Positions 8,852 to 19,312 of a stretch of DNA of 57,128 nucleotides are shown here, piece after piece (the stretch's first letter is position 1; each line of letters opens with the position of its first letter). Below the pieces are notes generated by a model that ran no database searches, was not told the origin of the DNA, and saw nothing but the letters and a program-made list of their open reading frames with translations. The position numbers were made by a program, and so were the translations under genes. Origin of the DNA: Ferruginibacter sp. (GTDB taxonomy: Bacteria; Bacteroidota; Bacteroidia; Chitinophagales; Chitinophagaceae); NCBI GenBank assembly GCA_044357815.1, contig JBIKOV010000001.1:1-57128 (forward strand), written 5' to 3'.

Positions 8852-9496
8852 TTAGGCTTCATTTTTTAACTCATTGGTTTCATCAATCAGCTTCAATATT
8901 TTATCCCTTCCCAATTTTTTGGTAGCACTACTTACAAAATGCTGGGGTAAAAACTGCCATGTTTTTCTCAATCGGTCTAAAAACAGTTTTACATTTTTGG
9001 CCACTACTGCCTGGGTTTCTTTATCAGCTTTAGTAAATATCATGGTAAAAGGAATCTCCCATTTATCCAATTGATTTAAAAAATCAAGATCTATTTTTTG
9101 GGGGGTGTGACGAGCATCCAACAATACAAATACCATTGCTAAGTTTTCTCTTTTTCGCAAATACCCTTCAATCATTTGTTCCCAGCGTCTTCGGCTACGG
9201 ATACTTACCTTGGCGAATCCGTAACCTGGTAGATCCACTAGGTACCATTTAAGGTTTTGCCCCTCTTTGGTGCTATTGATAGTGGAGGCAGAAGTAATTT
9301 CAAAATGATTAATCAGCTGGGTCTTTCCAGGTGTACCTGAGGTTTTTGCCAGCTTATCATTATTGGTTAGCATGTTGATTAAGGACGATTTGCCTACATT
9401 ACTGCGACCTATAAACGCATATTCCTTTTTATCGGGAGCAGGGCATTTTTCGAAATCCGGACTACTGATAATATATTTAGCTGATTTGATAAGCAT
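8852..9496 (-). CDS. engB: Ribosome biogenesis GTP-binding protein YihA/YsxC
   Basis: GRSNVGKSSLIN, TPGKT, DLPGYG, TKAD; start taken as ATG at 9496 (MLIKSAKY). Confidence 0.95.
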   Translation of the reverse strand: MLIKSAKYIISSPDFEKCPAPDKKEYAFIGRSNVGKSSLINMLTNNDKLAKTSGTPGKTQLINHFEITSASTINSTKEGQNLKWYLVDLPGYGFAKVSIRSRRRWEQMIEGYLRKRENLAMVFVLLDARHTPQKIDLDFLNQLDKWEIPFTMIFTKADKETQAVVAKNVKLFLDRLRKTWQFLPQHFVSSATKKLGRDKILKLIDETNELKNEA

Positions 9497-9499
9497 TTG

Positions 9500-9554
9500 G
9501 CAAAGATACGGCAGAAGGGGTAGGTTAACCATACCCCTTCTGCCGTATCTTTGC
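9500..9554. promoter_or_regulatory. Palindromic divergent promoter region for engB and menG
   Basis: Perfect 23-bp inverted arms gcaaagatacggcagaaggggta / taccccttctgccgtatctttgc; each arm carries TATCTTTG ending 4-5 nt before an ATG. Confidence 0.8.
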
Positions 9555-9558
9555 GGTC

Positions 9559-10302
9559 ATGACACAATTTGCACACGACAAGGTGGTTCCACAGCAGGAT
9601 TCTACGCTTTCAAAAAAGGAGCAAGTAGCCAATATGTTCGACCATATCGCCTACCGCTATGATTTTTTGAACCGCTTCTTAAGTGGCGGAATCGATATAA
9701 TATGGCGAAAAAAAGCTATCCGGCAATTGAAAGCTCTAGACCCAAAAAAAATACTAGATGTTGCTACCGGTACTGCCGATGTTGCAATCATGACGGCACA
9801 TATTTTGAAGCCAGCAAAAATAATTGGCATAGACATTAGCGAGGGCATGCTGAGCTTTGGTAGAAAAAAAATTGAAAAACTGGGTCTTGAATCCATTATT
9901 GAATTATTAAATGGTGACTGTGAAACAATAAAATCAGAGGATAATTCGTTTGATGCTGTTACGGTGGCTTTTGGAGTACGCAACTTTCAGAATTTAGAGA
10001 AAGGGCTGCAAGAAATTTTAAGGGTCCTAAAGCCAGGAGGAAAATTGGTGGTACTAGAATTTAGCCAGCCCAAAACGTTTGCTGTAAAGCAATTGTACCA
10101 GATATACATGAATGTAGTAGCCCCTGGGATGGGAAAATTGTTTTCAAAAAATCGCAATGCCTATAAATACCTAGATGAATCCATTAAAAAATTTCCCGAA
10201 GGCAAAAATTTTACTACTATCTTAGACAATCTTGGATATAACAACACTTATTGTAAACCTCTGAGCTTTGGAATATGCAGCATCTATTGCGGAGAAAAAT
10301 AA
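9559..10302 (+). CDS. menG: Demethylmenaquinone methyltransferase (UbiE/MenG)
   Basis: MFDHIAYRYDFLN, ILDVATGTAD SAM motif, AFGVRNF, RVLKPGG. Confidence 0.95.
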   Translation: MTQFAHDKVVPQQDSTLSKKEQVANMFDHIAYRYDFLNRFLSGGIDIIWRKKAIRQLKALDPKKILDVATGTADVAIMTAHILKPAKIIGIDISEGMLSFGRKKIEKLGLESIIELLNGDCETIKSEDNSFDAVTVAFGVRNFQNLEKGLQEILRVLKPGGKLVVLEFSQPKTFAVKQLYQIYMNVVAPGMGKLFSKNRNAYKYLDESIKKFPEGKNFTTILDNLGYNNTYCKPLSFGICSIYCGEK

Positions 10303-11009
10303 TTTACTGTATACTTATTTTAATGATGGGCTCTTCTAGGAGCATTGCGCAACTGCGCTATTCCGGCTTGAATTTACCTGATCACGATAGCAAATCCTAT
10401 CACTTTGGCATCAATCTAGGAATGAACCGATCTCATTTTAATTTTACCCATCACCCTCAGTTTTTATATCAAGATAGTGTAACCGTAATCGAGAGTGTTA
10501 ATAGTACCGGAATTAATTTAGCTTGGCTGGTAAATTTAAATTTAAGCGAGCACTTTGATTTAAGGACTTACCCCCTCAACCTTACCTTCAGTGAAAAGGC
10601 ATTTCAATATACCTTAAAGTATCCAGACTTGCCAGTCGGTGAAGATACCATCACCATCAAAAAAGTTCAATCCATTACCTTAAGTTTTCCTTTTCAAATT
10701 AAATTCAGTAGTGACCGGATAGATAACCTAAAAGTATATACGATAGCGGGGGTAAAGTTTGATTATGATATGGCTTCTAATGCCGGAAAAAGTAATGCAG
10801 AGGGGCTAATAAAACTCAATAAGCTAGATTACAGTATTGAAGGAGGTATTGGATTCCATATTTACTTCCCATATTTTGTATTGTCACCTGAATTAAAAGT
10901 AAGTTGGGGCCTAAACAATTTACATAGCCGGGATCCCTCTCTAATATTTTCAAGCAATTTCGATAAAATTTATTCCCGAATGATCTCTTTTTCACTCATT
11001 GTAGAATAA
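10275..11009 (+). CDS. porT: Type IX secretion/gliding motility outer-membrane protein PorT/SprT
   Basis: Signal peptide, NLPDHDSKSYHFG, beta-strand pattern, IYFPYFVLSPELK; lies directly after menG as in other Bacteroidota. Confidence 0.7.
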   Translation: MQHLLRRKIIYCILILMMGSSRSIAQLRYSGLNLPDHDSKSYHFGINLGMNRSHFNFTHHPQFLYQDSVTVIESVNSTGINLAWLVNLNLSEHFDLRTYPLNLTFSEKAFQYTLKYPDLPVGEDTITIKKVQSITLSFPFQIKFSSDRIDNLKVYTIAGVKFDYDMASNAGKSNAEGLIKLNKLDYSIEGGIGFHIYFPYFVLSPELKVSWGLNNLHSRDPSLIFSSNFDKIYSRMISFSLIVE

Positions 11010-11028
11010 TAGAGTGGCTCCCTAGAAA

Positions 11029-12732
11029 CTACTCATATTCCCTCCGCATAAAATTAAAACGAATTCCTACAGTTAATAGCGAGGTATTATTTTTACCCTT
11101 ATCCCCTTCAATAGCATAATTACGTTGTTGTGCAGCTAGGTCGATAAATAAATTTTCCTTCCATTCATAAGATAATTGTAGTAGCGCATTTAAACAAGTT
11201 GCCCGTCTGCCAACACCTAGAAAATATCCATAATCCCCTTTACGAGTTGAATAAACTAAAAATGGATTACTGCCCAAATTTCTTCCATCCAAACTGTCGA
11301 GCCCCTGATAATAGGATATCAATTTTGCCTGAACAGTCAAACGCGGTGCTGGCTGGTAATGAAGGATTGCTATGAATTCCTGAAAATTAGCACCCAACGG
11401 ATGAGCCAATAATTGATTATAATGCGTATAATTTGCCACTTCCAAACGATGAGAATACGTAAAAGGTCTTACCCTATTAGACTCTAACTGTAAGTCAAGT
11501 GTAGGTATCCCGAACAGGTCCATGTATTTTGCACCCAACTGAACTCCCCATTTATTAGACCAACTTCCCTTGTTGGCTTTTACTTGCTTTAAATTAAATT
11601 CGTCCAGCAAGAATTGACCGTATAACTGAAATCGGTTTGCCAAATTCGCTTTAAAATCAATACCAGCCAATGCATTATCCGGACTACCTATAGCGCCTTC
11701 TACATGACGATAAAAAATAATGGGGTTAAGATATTGAAAATCAAAATGATTCTTTCTGCCAAAAATAATTCCTTCAAATAAACCTATGTTCAACCACTTG
11801 GTAACATTCATACTTAAATGATGCATCGCTGCATACTTTCTGTCTAACAAGGTATCCCTCCGTTTTAAGAACTGCGACTCCAATTCCATAAATATATTCT
11901 GAAAATTTAATTTCCAGATTTTAGTATTGAGCTTGGCAAACAGATAACTGTTGGCATTATCACTTAAAAACAAACTTCTGTAACCATTGCCAATAAAATT
12001 TTTATCATAGCCAAACTGTATATCAATATACTTAGCTACATTCAATGTGATGTATCCTCTTGCATCGAAATAATCTATCCCCCTGATTTTATAATTTTGA
12101 TAATATCCTCCACCTGGTACCGACCGCATATCCAGCACTTTTTGTTGAAAAAATGTAGGCCCCCGCTCCTGGTTATCGGTAACACTGGTAAAAAAGCCAA
12201 TCTTTCCTGCAATCATTCCTCTGGCATTGAGTCCGCGTGTATTGAGATACAATTGCTCGCTATTTGACTTTTCGGTTCCTACCATCCCATATAAAATCGG
12301 ATTAACGACTAAAAAAAAATCATTGCTATTTACTTCTAACATGTTAGCCTTTGTTTTATAAAGACTTTTGAGTAAGGGTTTATTACTTGCAAAAGCCGCC
12401 TTTGAACCGCTAACCCATTCGGTATTATTCAGTAATAAATGATCCATGTTGTATCGATCCACCCTAGTTAGTCGGTTTAATTTCACCCCATTGGACAAAA
12501 CAACTCCTTCCCTATAAAGGCTGTCAATCAATTCAACCCTCGCTACCATATACCGGCGATTGTAAGGTTGAAGGGCCGAATAATTGATTTCCCTGCCAAA
12601 TGGCTGCATCAGTTCCAAACGATCCGCCAACCAATACCCTTTATCACCCCGAGGTAGATAGGTAGATTGGGCTGTTGCAAAAATTGGGAAAATAAAAAAA
12701 TAGAATTTGAGCAAGCTTTTAATAATTTGCAT
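11029..12732 (-). CDS. Outer-membrane beta-barrel protein, Wzi/RemB-like
   Basis: Signal peptide; FGYDKNFIGNGYRSLFLSD, YLNPIIFYR, YGQFLLDEF, RPFTYSH, LAHPLGANF. Confidence 0.6.
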   Translation of the reverse strand: MQIIKSLLKFYFFIFPIFATAQSTYLPRGDKGYWLADRLELMQPFGREINYSALQPYNRRYMVARVELIDSLYREGVVLSNGVKLNRLTRVDRYNMDHLLLNNTEWVSGSKAAFASNKPLLKSLYKTKANMLEVNSNDFFLVVNPILYGMVGTEKSNSEQLYLNTRGLNARGMIAGKIGFFTSVTDNQERGPTFFQQKVLDMRSVPGGGYYQNYKIRGIDYFDARGYITLNVAKYIDIQFGYDKNFIGNGYRSLFLSDNANSYLFAKLNTKIWKLNFQNIFMELESQFLKRRDTLLDRKYAAMHHLSMNVTKWLNIGLFEGIIFGRKNHFDFQYLNPIIFYRHVEGAIGSPDNALAGIDFKANLANRFQLYGQFLLDEFNLKQVKANKGSWSNKWGVQLGAKYMDLFGIPTLDLQLESNRVRPFTYSHRLEVANYTHYNQLLAHPLGANFQEFIAILHYQPAPRLTVQAKLISYYQGLDSLDGRNLGSNPFLVYSTRKGDYGYFLGVGRRATCLNALLQLSYEWKENLFIDLAAQQRNYAIEGDKGKNNTSLLTVGIRFNFMRREYE

Positions 12733-12790
12733 TGTCGTTTTTTAATAGAGGTAATTCTGCGAATCTAAATATATATAATTATTTTAACAT

Positions 12791-14131
12791 ATGAGTAAAT
12801 ACCTAATTAAAAATATTAGTATCGTAAATGAGGGTAAAATTGAACAGCAGGACCTGCTCATCAATGAAGAAAGAATAGAAAAAATAGGAAGCAATCTAAC
12901 TGAGAAGGGCAATGTGGTTGAAATAAATGGAGAGGGCAAACATTTATTACCTGGTGCTATTGATGATCAAGTGCATTTTAGGGAGCCTGGACTTACCCAT
13001 AAGGCAACCATTTACAGTGAGAGCAAAGCCGCAGTGGCGGGAGGAGTAACGAGTTTTATGGAAATGCCCAATACCGTCCCCAACGCCCTAACCCTTGAAT
13101 TGCTGGAGGACAAATACAAAACTGCCTCCCAAAGTGCGCTGGCAAACTATTCCTTTTTCATGGGGGTAAGTAATTCCAACGCAAACGAAGTATTACAAGT
13201 AAACGAACACAAAGCCAATATATGTGGAGTGAAAATTTTTATGGGAGCCAGCACCGGTAATATGCTGGTTGATAATTATGGTACCCTAGAAAAAATATTC
13301 AGAGAAAGTGAGTTGCTGATTGCAACCCATTGTGAAGATGAAAAAATTATTAAAGCAAACTACGAAAGAATAAAAAAAGAAAAAGGTATCCTTTCCCCCG
13401 CAGACCATGCCTTAATAAGAGACGATAATGCCTGTTTTGAATCTTCACTGGCTGCAATTCAAATTGCCAAAAAATACAATACCCGATTACATATTTTACA
13501 TATCAGCACTGAAAAAGAAATTCAATTGTTTGGCAATATGCTGCCGCTGAAGGAAAAAAGAATCACCGCTGAAGTATGTGTTCATCACTTGCATTTTACA
13601 GCCGATGACTATGAAAAATTAGGCTACTTGATAAAATGTAACCCAGCAATCAAAGCCCCTAACAACAAGGAAGCATTGTGGAAAGCCTTACTGGATGACC
13701 ATTTGGACTTAATCGCAACAGACCATGCCCCACATTTACTTTCAGAAAAATCGGGTGACTATGAACATGCACATGCCGGTCTACCACTTGTACAACATCC
13801 AATGTTGTTAATGCTTCATTATCACAAAATGGGTAAAATTAGCCTAGAAAAAATGGTGGAAAAAATGAGTCATGCCGTGGCAGACTGTTTCCATATAGAA
13901 AAAAGAGGTTATATCCGAGAAGGTTATTTTGCTGACCTAGTAATAGCCAATTTACAAAATACCACCACTGTTAGCAAAGAAAATATTTTATACAAATGTG
14001 GATGGAGCCCATTGGAAGGAGTTACATTTCCGGCAAGTATTGAAAAGACCTTCGTTAACGGTACAATGGTATATGACAATGGAGTTTGGAATGAGTCGAA
14101 CAAAGGAAAAAGAATGACATTTAGCCATTAG
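12791..14131 (+). CDS. pyrC: Dihydroorotase
   Basis: PGAIDDQVHFREPG, EMPNT, HCE, HIST, KCNPAIK, ATDHAPH. Confidence 0.93.
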   Translation: MSKYLIKNISIVNEGKIEQQDLLINEERIEKIGSNLTEKGNVVEINGEGKHLLPGAIDDQVHFREPGLTHKATIYSESKAAVAGGVTSFMEMPNTVPNALTLELLEDKYKTASQSALANYSFFMGVSNSNANEVLQVNEHKANICGVKIFMGASTGNMLVDNYGTLEKIFRESELLIATHCEDEKIIKANYERIKKEKGILSPADHALIRDDNACFESSLAAIQIAKKYNTRLHILHISTEKEIQLFGNMLPLKEKRITAEVCVHHLHFTADDYEKLGYLIKCNPAIKAPNNKEALWKALLDDHLDLIATDHAPHLLSEKSGDYEHAHAGLPLVQHPMLLMLHYHKMGKISLEKMVEKMSHAVADCFHIEKRGYIREGYFADLVIANLQNTTTVSKENILYKCGWSPLEGVTFPASIEKTFVNGTMVYDNGVWNESNKGKRMTFSH

Positions 14132-14265
14132 TCTACAAAGTCAAAACGAATTTTTACCATCCCTCAAAGAAATGGTAAAATTAAAAACTAAACAATTTTC
14201 CGTTTTAAGCATCTCCAAAAGGTTTCAGCATTGTAAATCCTAAAAATGGTTTTTATTCTTGCATT

Positions 14266-15582
14266 ATGGAAATAGATAAAACAACCCTAACCGATCTTTC
14301 TATATTGACTAACGAAGGTGAATTTTCTTTATTTCATCACATCAATCTCTGCCAAACGGTAGGAGGAAGAGATCGGTTATATGACAATTTCAAGCACTCA
14401 TTGAAAAGTATTGAGCAGATCGAAGGGATTCAACAAACACTCCAGCGTATTTTAAATAAAATGGAATACTGGCCCAATCAAATCAGCAATGGGTCAATTA
14501 TGATGATTGAAAAATTTTACCAAACCTCCATTGAAATAATTCCGTCCAATCCTTCTTCTTTTTCTGCATATAGTTACAAGGTGTTTCACAGAGCAGACTT
14601 TTCATTTGTTAAATTTTCGGTAGGCCATTGCTTTGATTTTATAAAAGGAATGCAGCAGTTGATCAATTTTTTTTTAACGCCAGAATCCCCCGCACCGCTC
14701 CAAAAATTATTAGAAGACGCACAGCGAATGATTCGAAAGAAACAATTTGACATCATAGATAATTACAATCAAGCTGCCAACCTTACTACCGCCCAACAAT
14801 TGCAATTGGCTTATTTCCTAAAGTACCAATTCAAAAGAGAGATGCAGGAGCTACTCAATTTGTATTCTCAACTAGATGCTTGGTATGGTATGGCAATGGC
14901 GGTAAAAGAGTTTGGGCTTCATTTTCCAAAACTGGTAGAAAGCGATCAGCCATTTCTAAAGGCAAAAGGATTGTACCATCTACAATTGCAACACCCCATC
15001 GGATACGATATAACACTTGATGAGCAAAGCAATTTTTTATTTTTAACTGGTGCTAATATGGCTGGTAAAAGCACCTTGATTAAAGCGGTTGGCACAGCGG
15101 TTTTTTTGGCGCATGTCGGAATGGGAGTACCTGCCATTAGTATGCAGTTAAGCCTCTTCGACGGATTGCTCAGCAATATTAATGTAATGGACAATCTACT
15201 GAAAGGGGAAAGTTATTTTTATAATGAAGTACTTCGTATCAAATCGACCATTTTGAAAATTTCAGATGGAAGAAAATGGCTCATTTTAATAGATGAGCTA
15301 TTCAAGGGAACTAATGTGGAAGATGCAATGAAATGCTCAACTACTGTAATTGAAGGTTTACTAAAAATAAAAAACGCCCATTTTATTTTATCTACTCACC
15401 TTTATGAAATTGGTGACCAACTCAAAAAATATCCAAATATCCGTTTCAATTATTTTGAAACCATTGTAAAGGAAGATCAACTGTTTTTTAATTATCAATT
15501 AAAGGAAGGCATAAGCAGCGACCGGCTAGGGTACCTTATTTTAAAAAATGAAGGCGTAGTAGCAATGCTTAAAAAATTATAA
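14266..15582 (+). CDS. MutS-related protein (ATPase domain, lacks mismatch-binding N-terminus)
   Basis: LTGANMAGKST, ESYFYNEV, LIDELFKGTN, LSTHL; only 438 aa. Confidence 0.85.
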   Translation: MEIDKTTLTDLSILTNEGEFSLFHHINLCQTVGGRDRLYDNFKHSLKSIEQIEGIQQTLQRILNKMEYWPNQISNGSIMMIEKFYQTSIEIIPSNPSSFSAYSYKVFHRADFSFVKFSVGHCFDFIKGMQQLINFFLTPESPAPLQKLLEDAQRMIRKKQFDIIDNYNQAANLTTAQQLQLAYFLKYQFKREMQELLNLYSQLDAWYGMAMAVKEFGLHFPKLVESDQPFLKAKGLYHLQLQHPIGYDITLDEQSNFLFLTGANMAGKSTLIKAVGTAVFLAHVGMGVPAISMQLSLFDGLLSNINVMDNLLKGESYFYNEVLRIKSTILKISDGRKWLILIDELFKGTNVEDAMKCSTTVIEGLLKIKNAHFILSTHLYEIGDQLKKYPNIRFNYFETIVKEDQLFFNYQLKEGISSDRLGYLILKNEGVVAMLKKL

Positions 15583-15755
15583 GCTCCTGTCCCTCTTCGC
15601 CGAGCTAAAGCAATAAAAACACTAGTCTGCCCAACTTATTTGGTCAATCCCCCAACAAAGCATCTAAAAAGATTCGTTACAATAGGCAATAGCCGCCAAT
15701 ACAACTACTTTAAAGCTTGGGAGCAAATATGTGTGCGCTTATTAGCTAATCAATG

Positions 15756-15763
15756 TAAATTTG
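15756..15763 (+). promoter_or_regulatory. Bacteroidota -7 element
   Basis: TAAATTTG about 40 nt upstream of ATG 15803. Confidence 0.5.
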
Positions 15764-15802
15764 CATTTACCATTTTTTATTAAATAAAGCCAGCAAGAGT
15801 TC

Positions 15803-17605
15803 ATGATGAATTTTTTTAGAATATTTAAGTACGTAAACATACCAAAAAACAAGCTGGCGCTGTACCTTTTTTATACCATTCTGGCAACGCTTTTTTCCTT
15901 GCTTTCGATCAATGCATTAGCCCCCTTTATGAATATTATTTTTAGGGCAGATAATACAATGCAAGGGGTACAGACAAAATCACTGGGAAGGTTCAATGAC
16001 TTCTTTCAACTATTGATTAGCAACCACGGACCCCTCTATGCCCTTGGAATAATTTGTGTACTGATGATTGCTTCCATTTTGCTTAAAAATGTATTTGTAT
16101 ACTTATCCCTGTATATCTCAACGCCCCTGCGAAGTAAAATCCTAGCAGACTTCAGATTGCGATTATACACGAAAATTTTACAACTGCCAGTTGGATTTTT
16201 TACAGAGCAGAAAAAAGGAGACTTAATGAGTCGCATGATTGGTGATATCGGAGAGGTACAGGGATCGATATTTACTGCACTAGAGGGACTGGTAAAAGAC
16301 CCATTGATGATCTTGTCTTTTTTGTTCTCAATGATTTTTTTAAGTCCTCAACTATCCTTGTTTCTGCTTATTTTTTTACCCCTAACTGCAATTTTTATAG
16401 GAAAGATAAGTAAGCGACTAAAAAAACAATCTACGGCTTACTCTGAGGCACATGGAGAGAATATTTCACATGTAGAGGAAACGCTCAGTAGTATAAAAGT
16501 AATTAAAGCATTTACAGCCGAAGAACGAATGCTCAATAAATTCGGCAGCGGCAATGACAAACTTTTTTTCATGCTCAATAAAATGACCCTACGCCGTGAT
16601 TTGGCCAGCCCTATTACCGAGGTACTGGGAGTAACGGTGCTTTGCGCCATTTTATACATCGGGGGGAGGTTTGTTTTTAGCGAGGGGGCTCAACTCACCG
16701 GTGGCGATTTGATGGCATTCATTTTATTATTCGCCATGATCATCAACCCAGCCAAAAACTTATCAACCACCATTTCCAATATACAAAGGGGAATGGGTGC
16801 GATTGAGCGGATTGAGGAGATATTGCATGCACCCCTACTGGTGGAAGAAAAGGCCAATGCCACCGTCTTAAAGGGGTTCAATCAATCCATCGAATTTAAA
16901 AATGTTAGTTTTAAATACGACGACAAAACGATTTTGAATAATATCAGTTTTGTAATAGAAAAAGGTAAAACAGTCGCTTTGGTGGGATCGTCAGGCGCTG
17001 GAAAATCAACCTTAGCAGATCTTATTCCCCGCTTCCATGATGTTAGTGAAGGGGAGATCTTAATTGATGGAGTAAATATCAAAGACTTCACCATTCAATC
17101 GCTGCGCAAACAAATGAGCATTGTAACACAAGAAGCCATTTTATTTAATGACACCATCGCCAACAATATTGCTTTGGGCAACATCAATGCTTCGACGAAA
17201 GAGATATTGGAAGCTGCTACCATTGCCAATGCACACCAATTTATTCAACAAAAAGACGAAAAATACGATACCAATATAGGCGACCGGGGAATGAAATTAA
17301 GCGGTGGAGAGCGCCAACGGATCACAATTGCAAGAGCCGTATTACAAAATCCCCCTATCCTGATATTAGATGAAGCTACCTCCTCTTTGGACACTGAAAG
17401 TGAACGCCTGGTTCAGGATGCCATTGTTAACCTCATGCAAGACCGTACATCTTTGGTAATTGCACACCGGCTCAGCACCATCAGCAATGCAGACGAAATC
17501 ATTGTGTTGCAAAAGGGAGCCATTATAGAAAGAGGCACTCATGATTCCTTAATTGCTCAAAATGGTTTTTACAAAAAATTAGTAGAAATGCAAGATATAA
17601 AATAA
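15803..17605 (+). CDS. ABC exporter, fused permease/ATPase (MsbA-like)
   Basis: Hydrophobic TM domain, GSSGAGKST, LSGGERQR, ILDEATSSLD, AHRLST. Confidence 0.9.
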   Translation: MMNFFRIFKYVNIPKNKLALYLFYTILATLFSLLSINALAPFMNIIFRADNTMQGVQTKSLGRFNDFFQLLISNHGPLYALGIICVLMIASILLKNVFVYLSLYISTPLRSKILADFRLRLYTKILQLPVGFFTEQKKGDLMSRMIGDIGEVQGSIFTALEGLVKDPLMILSFLFSMIFLSPQLSLFLLIFLPLTAIFIGKISKRLKKQSTAYSEAHGENISHVEETLSSIKVIKAFTAEERMLNKFGSGNDKLFFMLNKMTLRRDLASPITEVLGVTVLCAILYIGGRFVFSEGAQLTGGDLMAFILLFAMIINPAKNLSTTISNIQRGMGAIERIEEILHAPLLVEEKANATVLKGFNQSIEFKNVSFKYDDKTILNNISFVIEKGKTVALVGSSGAGKSTLADLIPRFHDVSEGEILIDGVNIKDFTIQSLRKQMSIVTQEAILFNDTIANNIALGNINASTKEILEAATIANAHQFIQQKDEKYDTNIGDRGMKLSGGERQRITIARAVLQNPPILILDEATSSLDTESERLVQDAIVNLMQDRTSLVIAHRLSTISNADEIIVLQKGAIIERGTHDSLIAQNGFYKKLVEMQDIK

Positions 17606-17672
17606 GTGAATTTTTAAAAAATTGATTGCTTATCTTTCGATCAGTTGTTTTAATCATTTTATTATTTCGTCT

Positions 17673-19220
17673 ATGTTAGTAAAAACTTTCGGCAGTGCCG
17701 TATATGGCGTGGAAGCAATTACGATTGCAGTAGAAGTAAACATTAATAATCAAGGAAAATCAGACGCAATCATTGTAGGGCTGCCCGATGGAGCGGTAAA
17801 AGAAAGTTTATTGCGGGTAGAAAGCGCCATCAAAGACAATAATTTTTTCATGCCCCGCACCCGACTGATTGTAAACCTTGCCCCTGCGGATATTCGGAAA
17901 AGCGGTACGGCCTTTGACCTTCCAATAGCTATGGCCACGTTAGGTGCTAGCAATCAACTCATCAATCCACAAAAGCTCACTGACTATGTCATCATGGGTG
18001 AACTCAGTTTGGATGGCAATGTAAGATCTATAAAAGGTGCATTACCCATCGCCATACAAGCAAGAAAAGAGAATTTTAAAGGACTAATCGTACCCAAACA
18101 AAATGCTAGGGAAGCAGCCATGGTAAACAACCTAGCGGTATATGGCGTTGGCCATTTAAACGAAGTAATTGACTTCTTCAAAGATGAATCAACGCTAGAA
18201 CCCACTGTGGTAAATACCCGTGAAGAATTTGCATACGCCCAAAGCGATTTTGACATCGACTTTTGTGACGTAAAAGGGCAGGAAAATATAAAAAGGGCGC
18301 TAGAAATCGCGGCGGCGGGTGGTCACAACGCCATTTTAATTGGCCCACCAGGAGCTGGAAAAACAATGCTGGCGAAGCGTTTACCTACCATCCTTCCTCC
18401 TCTTTCGCTACAGGAAGCATTGGAAACCACTAAAATTCATAGTGTGGCGGGCAAGCTGCCTGAAAATGCTACCCTCATTTCCAAAAGGCCATATCGAAGC
18501 CCCCACCATACCATTTCAGATGTTGCCCTCGTTGGTGGCGGAGGTAATCCACAGCCGGGTGAAATTTCGCTAGCACACAATGGAGTATTATTCCTCGATG
18601 AATTACCTGAATTTAAGCGAACGGTACTAGAAGTAATGAGACAGCCAATGGAAGAAAGAAAAGTTACCATTTCTAGGGCAAAAATTGCCTTAGAATTTCC
18701 AGCTAGCTTTATGCTCATCGCTTCCATGAACCCTTGTCCCTGCGGCTATTTCAACCACCCCGACAAACAATGCACCTGTCCGCCGGGTGCCGTGCAAAAG
18801 TATCTAAACAAAATTTCGGGACCTCTATTAGACAGGATTGATCTACATGTTGAAGTAACTCCAGTAGCATTTAGTGAATTATCCTCTGACAAAGCATTTG
18901 AAAAAAGTGATCGAATACGCGAAAGGGTTATTAAGGCAAGGGATATACAAGCCGAAAGATATCAAGAAAATGAAGGCGTATATGCCAATGCACAAATGAG
19001 CAGTAAAATGCTGAAAGAAATTTGCGTCATTAATACCGCCAGTCAAAACCTCATAAAAATTGCGATGGAAAAACTAAATCTTTCTGCCCGTGCTTATGAC
19101 AGAATATTAAAAGTAAGTCGTACCATTGCAGACCTTGCAGCCAGTGCTGATATAAAGCCAGAACACCTCGCAGAAGCCATCCAATACAGAAGTTTAGACA
19201 GGGAAGGATGGGGAGCGTAG
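17673..19220 (+). CDS. comM: YifB/ComM family Mg-chelatase-like AAA+ ATPase
   Basis: IVGLPDGAVKES, NLAPADIRK, GPPGAGKTMLA, LFLDELPEF, NPCPCG, LSARAYDRILKVSRTIADL; start at ATG 17673. Confidence 0.93.
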   Translation: MLVKTFGSAVYGVEAITIAVEVNINNQGKSDAIIVGLPDGAVKESLLRVESAIKDNNFFMPRTRLIVNLAPADIRKSGTAFDLPIAMATLGASNQLINPQKLTDYVIMGELSLDGNVRSIKGALPIAIQARKENFKGLIVPKQNAREAAMVNNLAVYGVGHLNEVIDFFKDESTLEPTVVNTREEFAYAQSDFDIDFCDVKGQENIKRALEIAAAGGHNAILIGPPGAGKTMLAKRLPTILPPLSLQEALETTKIHSVAGKLPENATLISKRPYRSPHHTISDVALVGGGGNPQPGEISLAHNGVLFLDELPEFKRTVLEVMRQPMEERKVTISRAKIALEFPASFMLIASMNPCPCGYFNHPDKQCTCPPGAVQKYLNKISGPLLDRIDLHVEVTPVAFSELSSDKAFEKSDRIRERVIKARDIQAERYQENEGVYANAQMSSKMLKEICVINTASQNLIKIAMEKLNLSARAYDRILKVSRTIADLAASADIKPEHLAEAIQYRSLDREGWGA

Positions 19221-19312
19221 AATATATGGATGAACAAAACAATGCCAGCAGTGCAGCAACCGCTTTTTCTGGCAGGATGCAATTGACCCAATAAACAATG
19301 TAAACCTTTACT

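Noticed and set aside
9497-9532. Longer engB start at 9532 given by the ORF track
   Set aside because: The extension is just the palindrome arm; ATG 9496 fits the family length and the -7 element.
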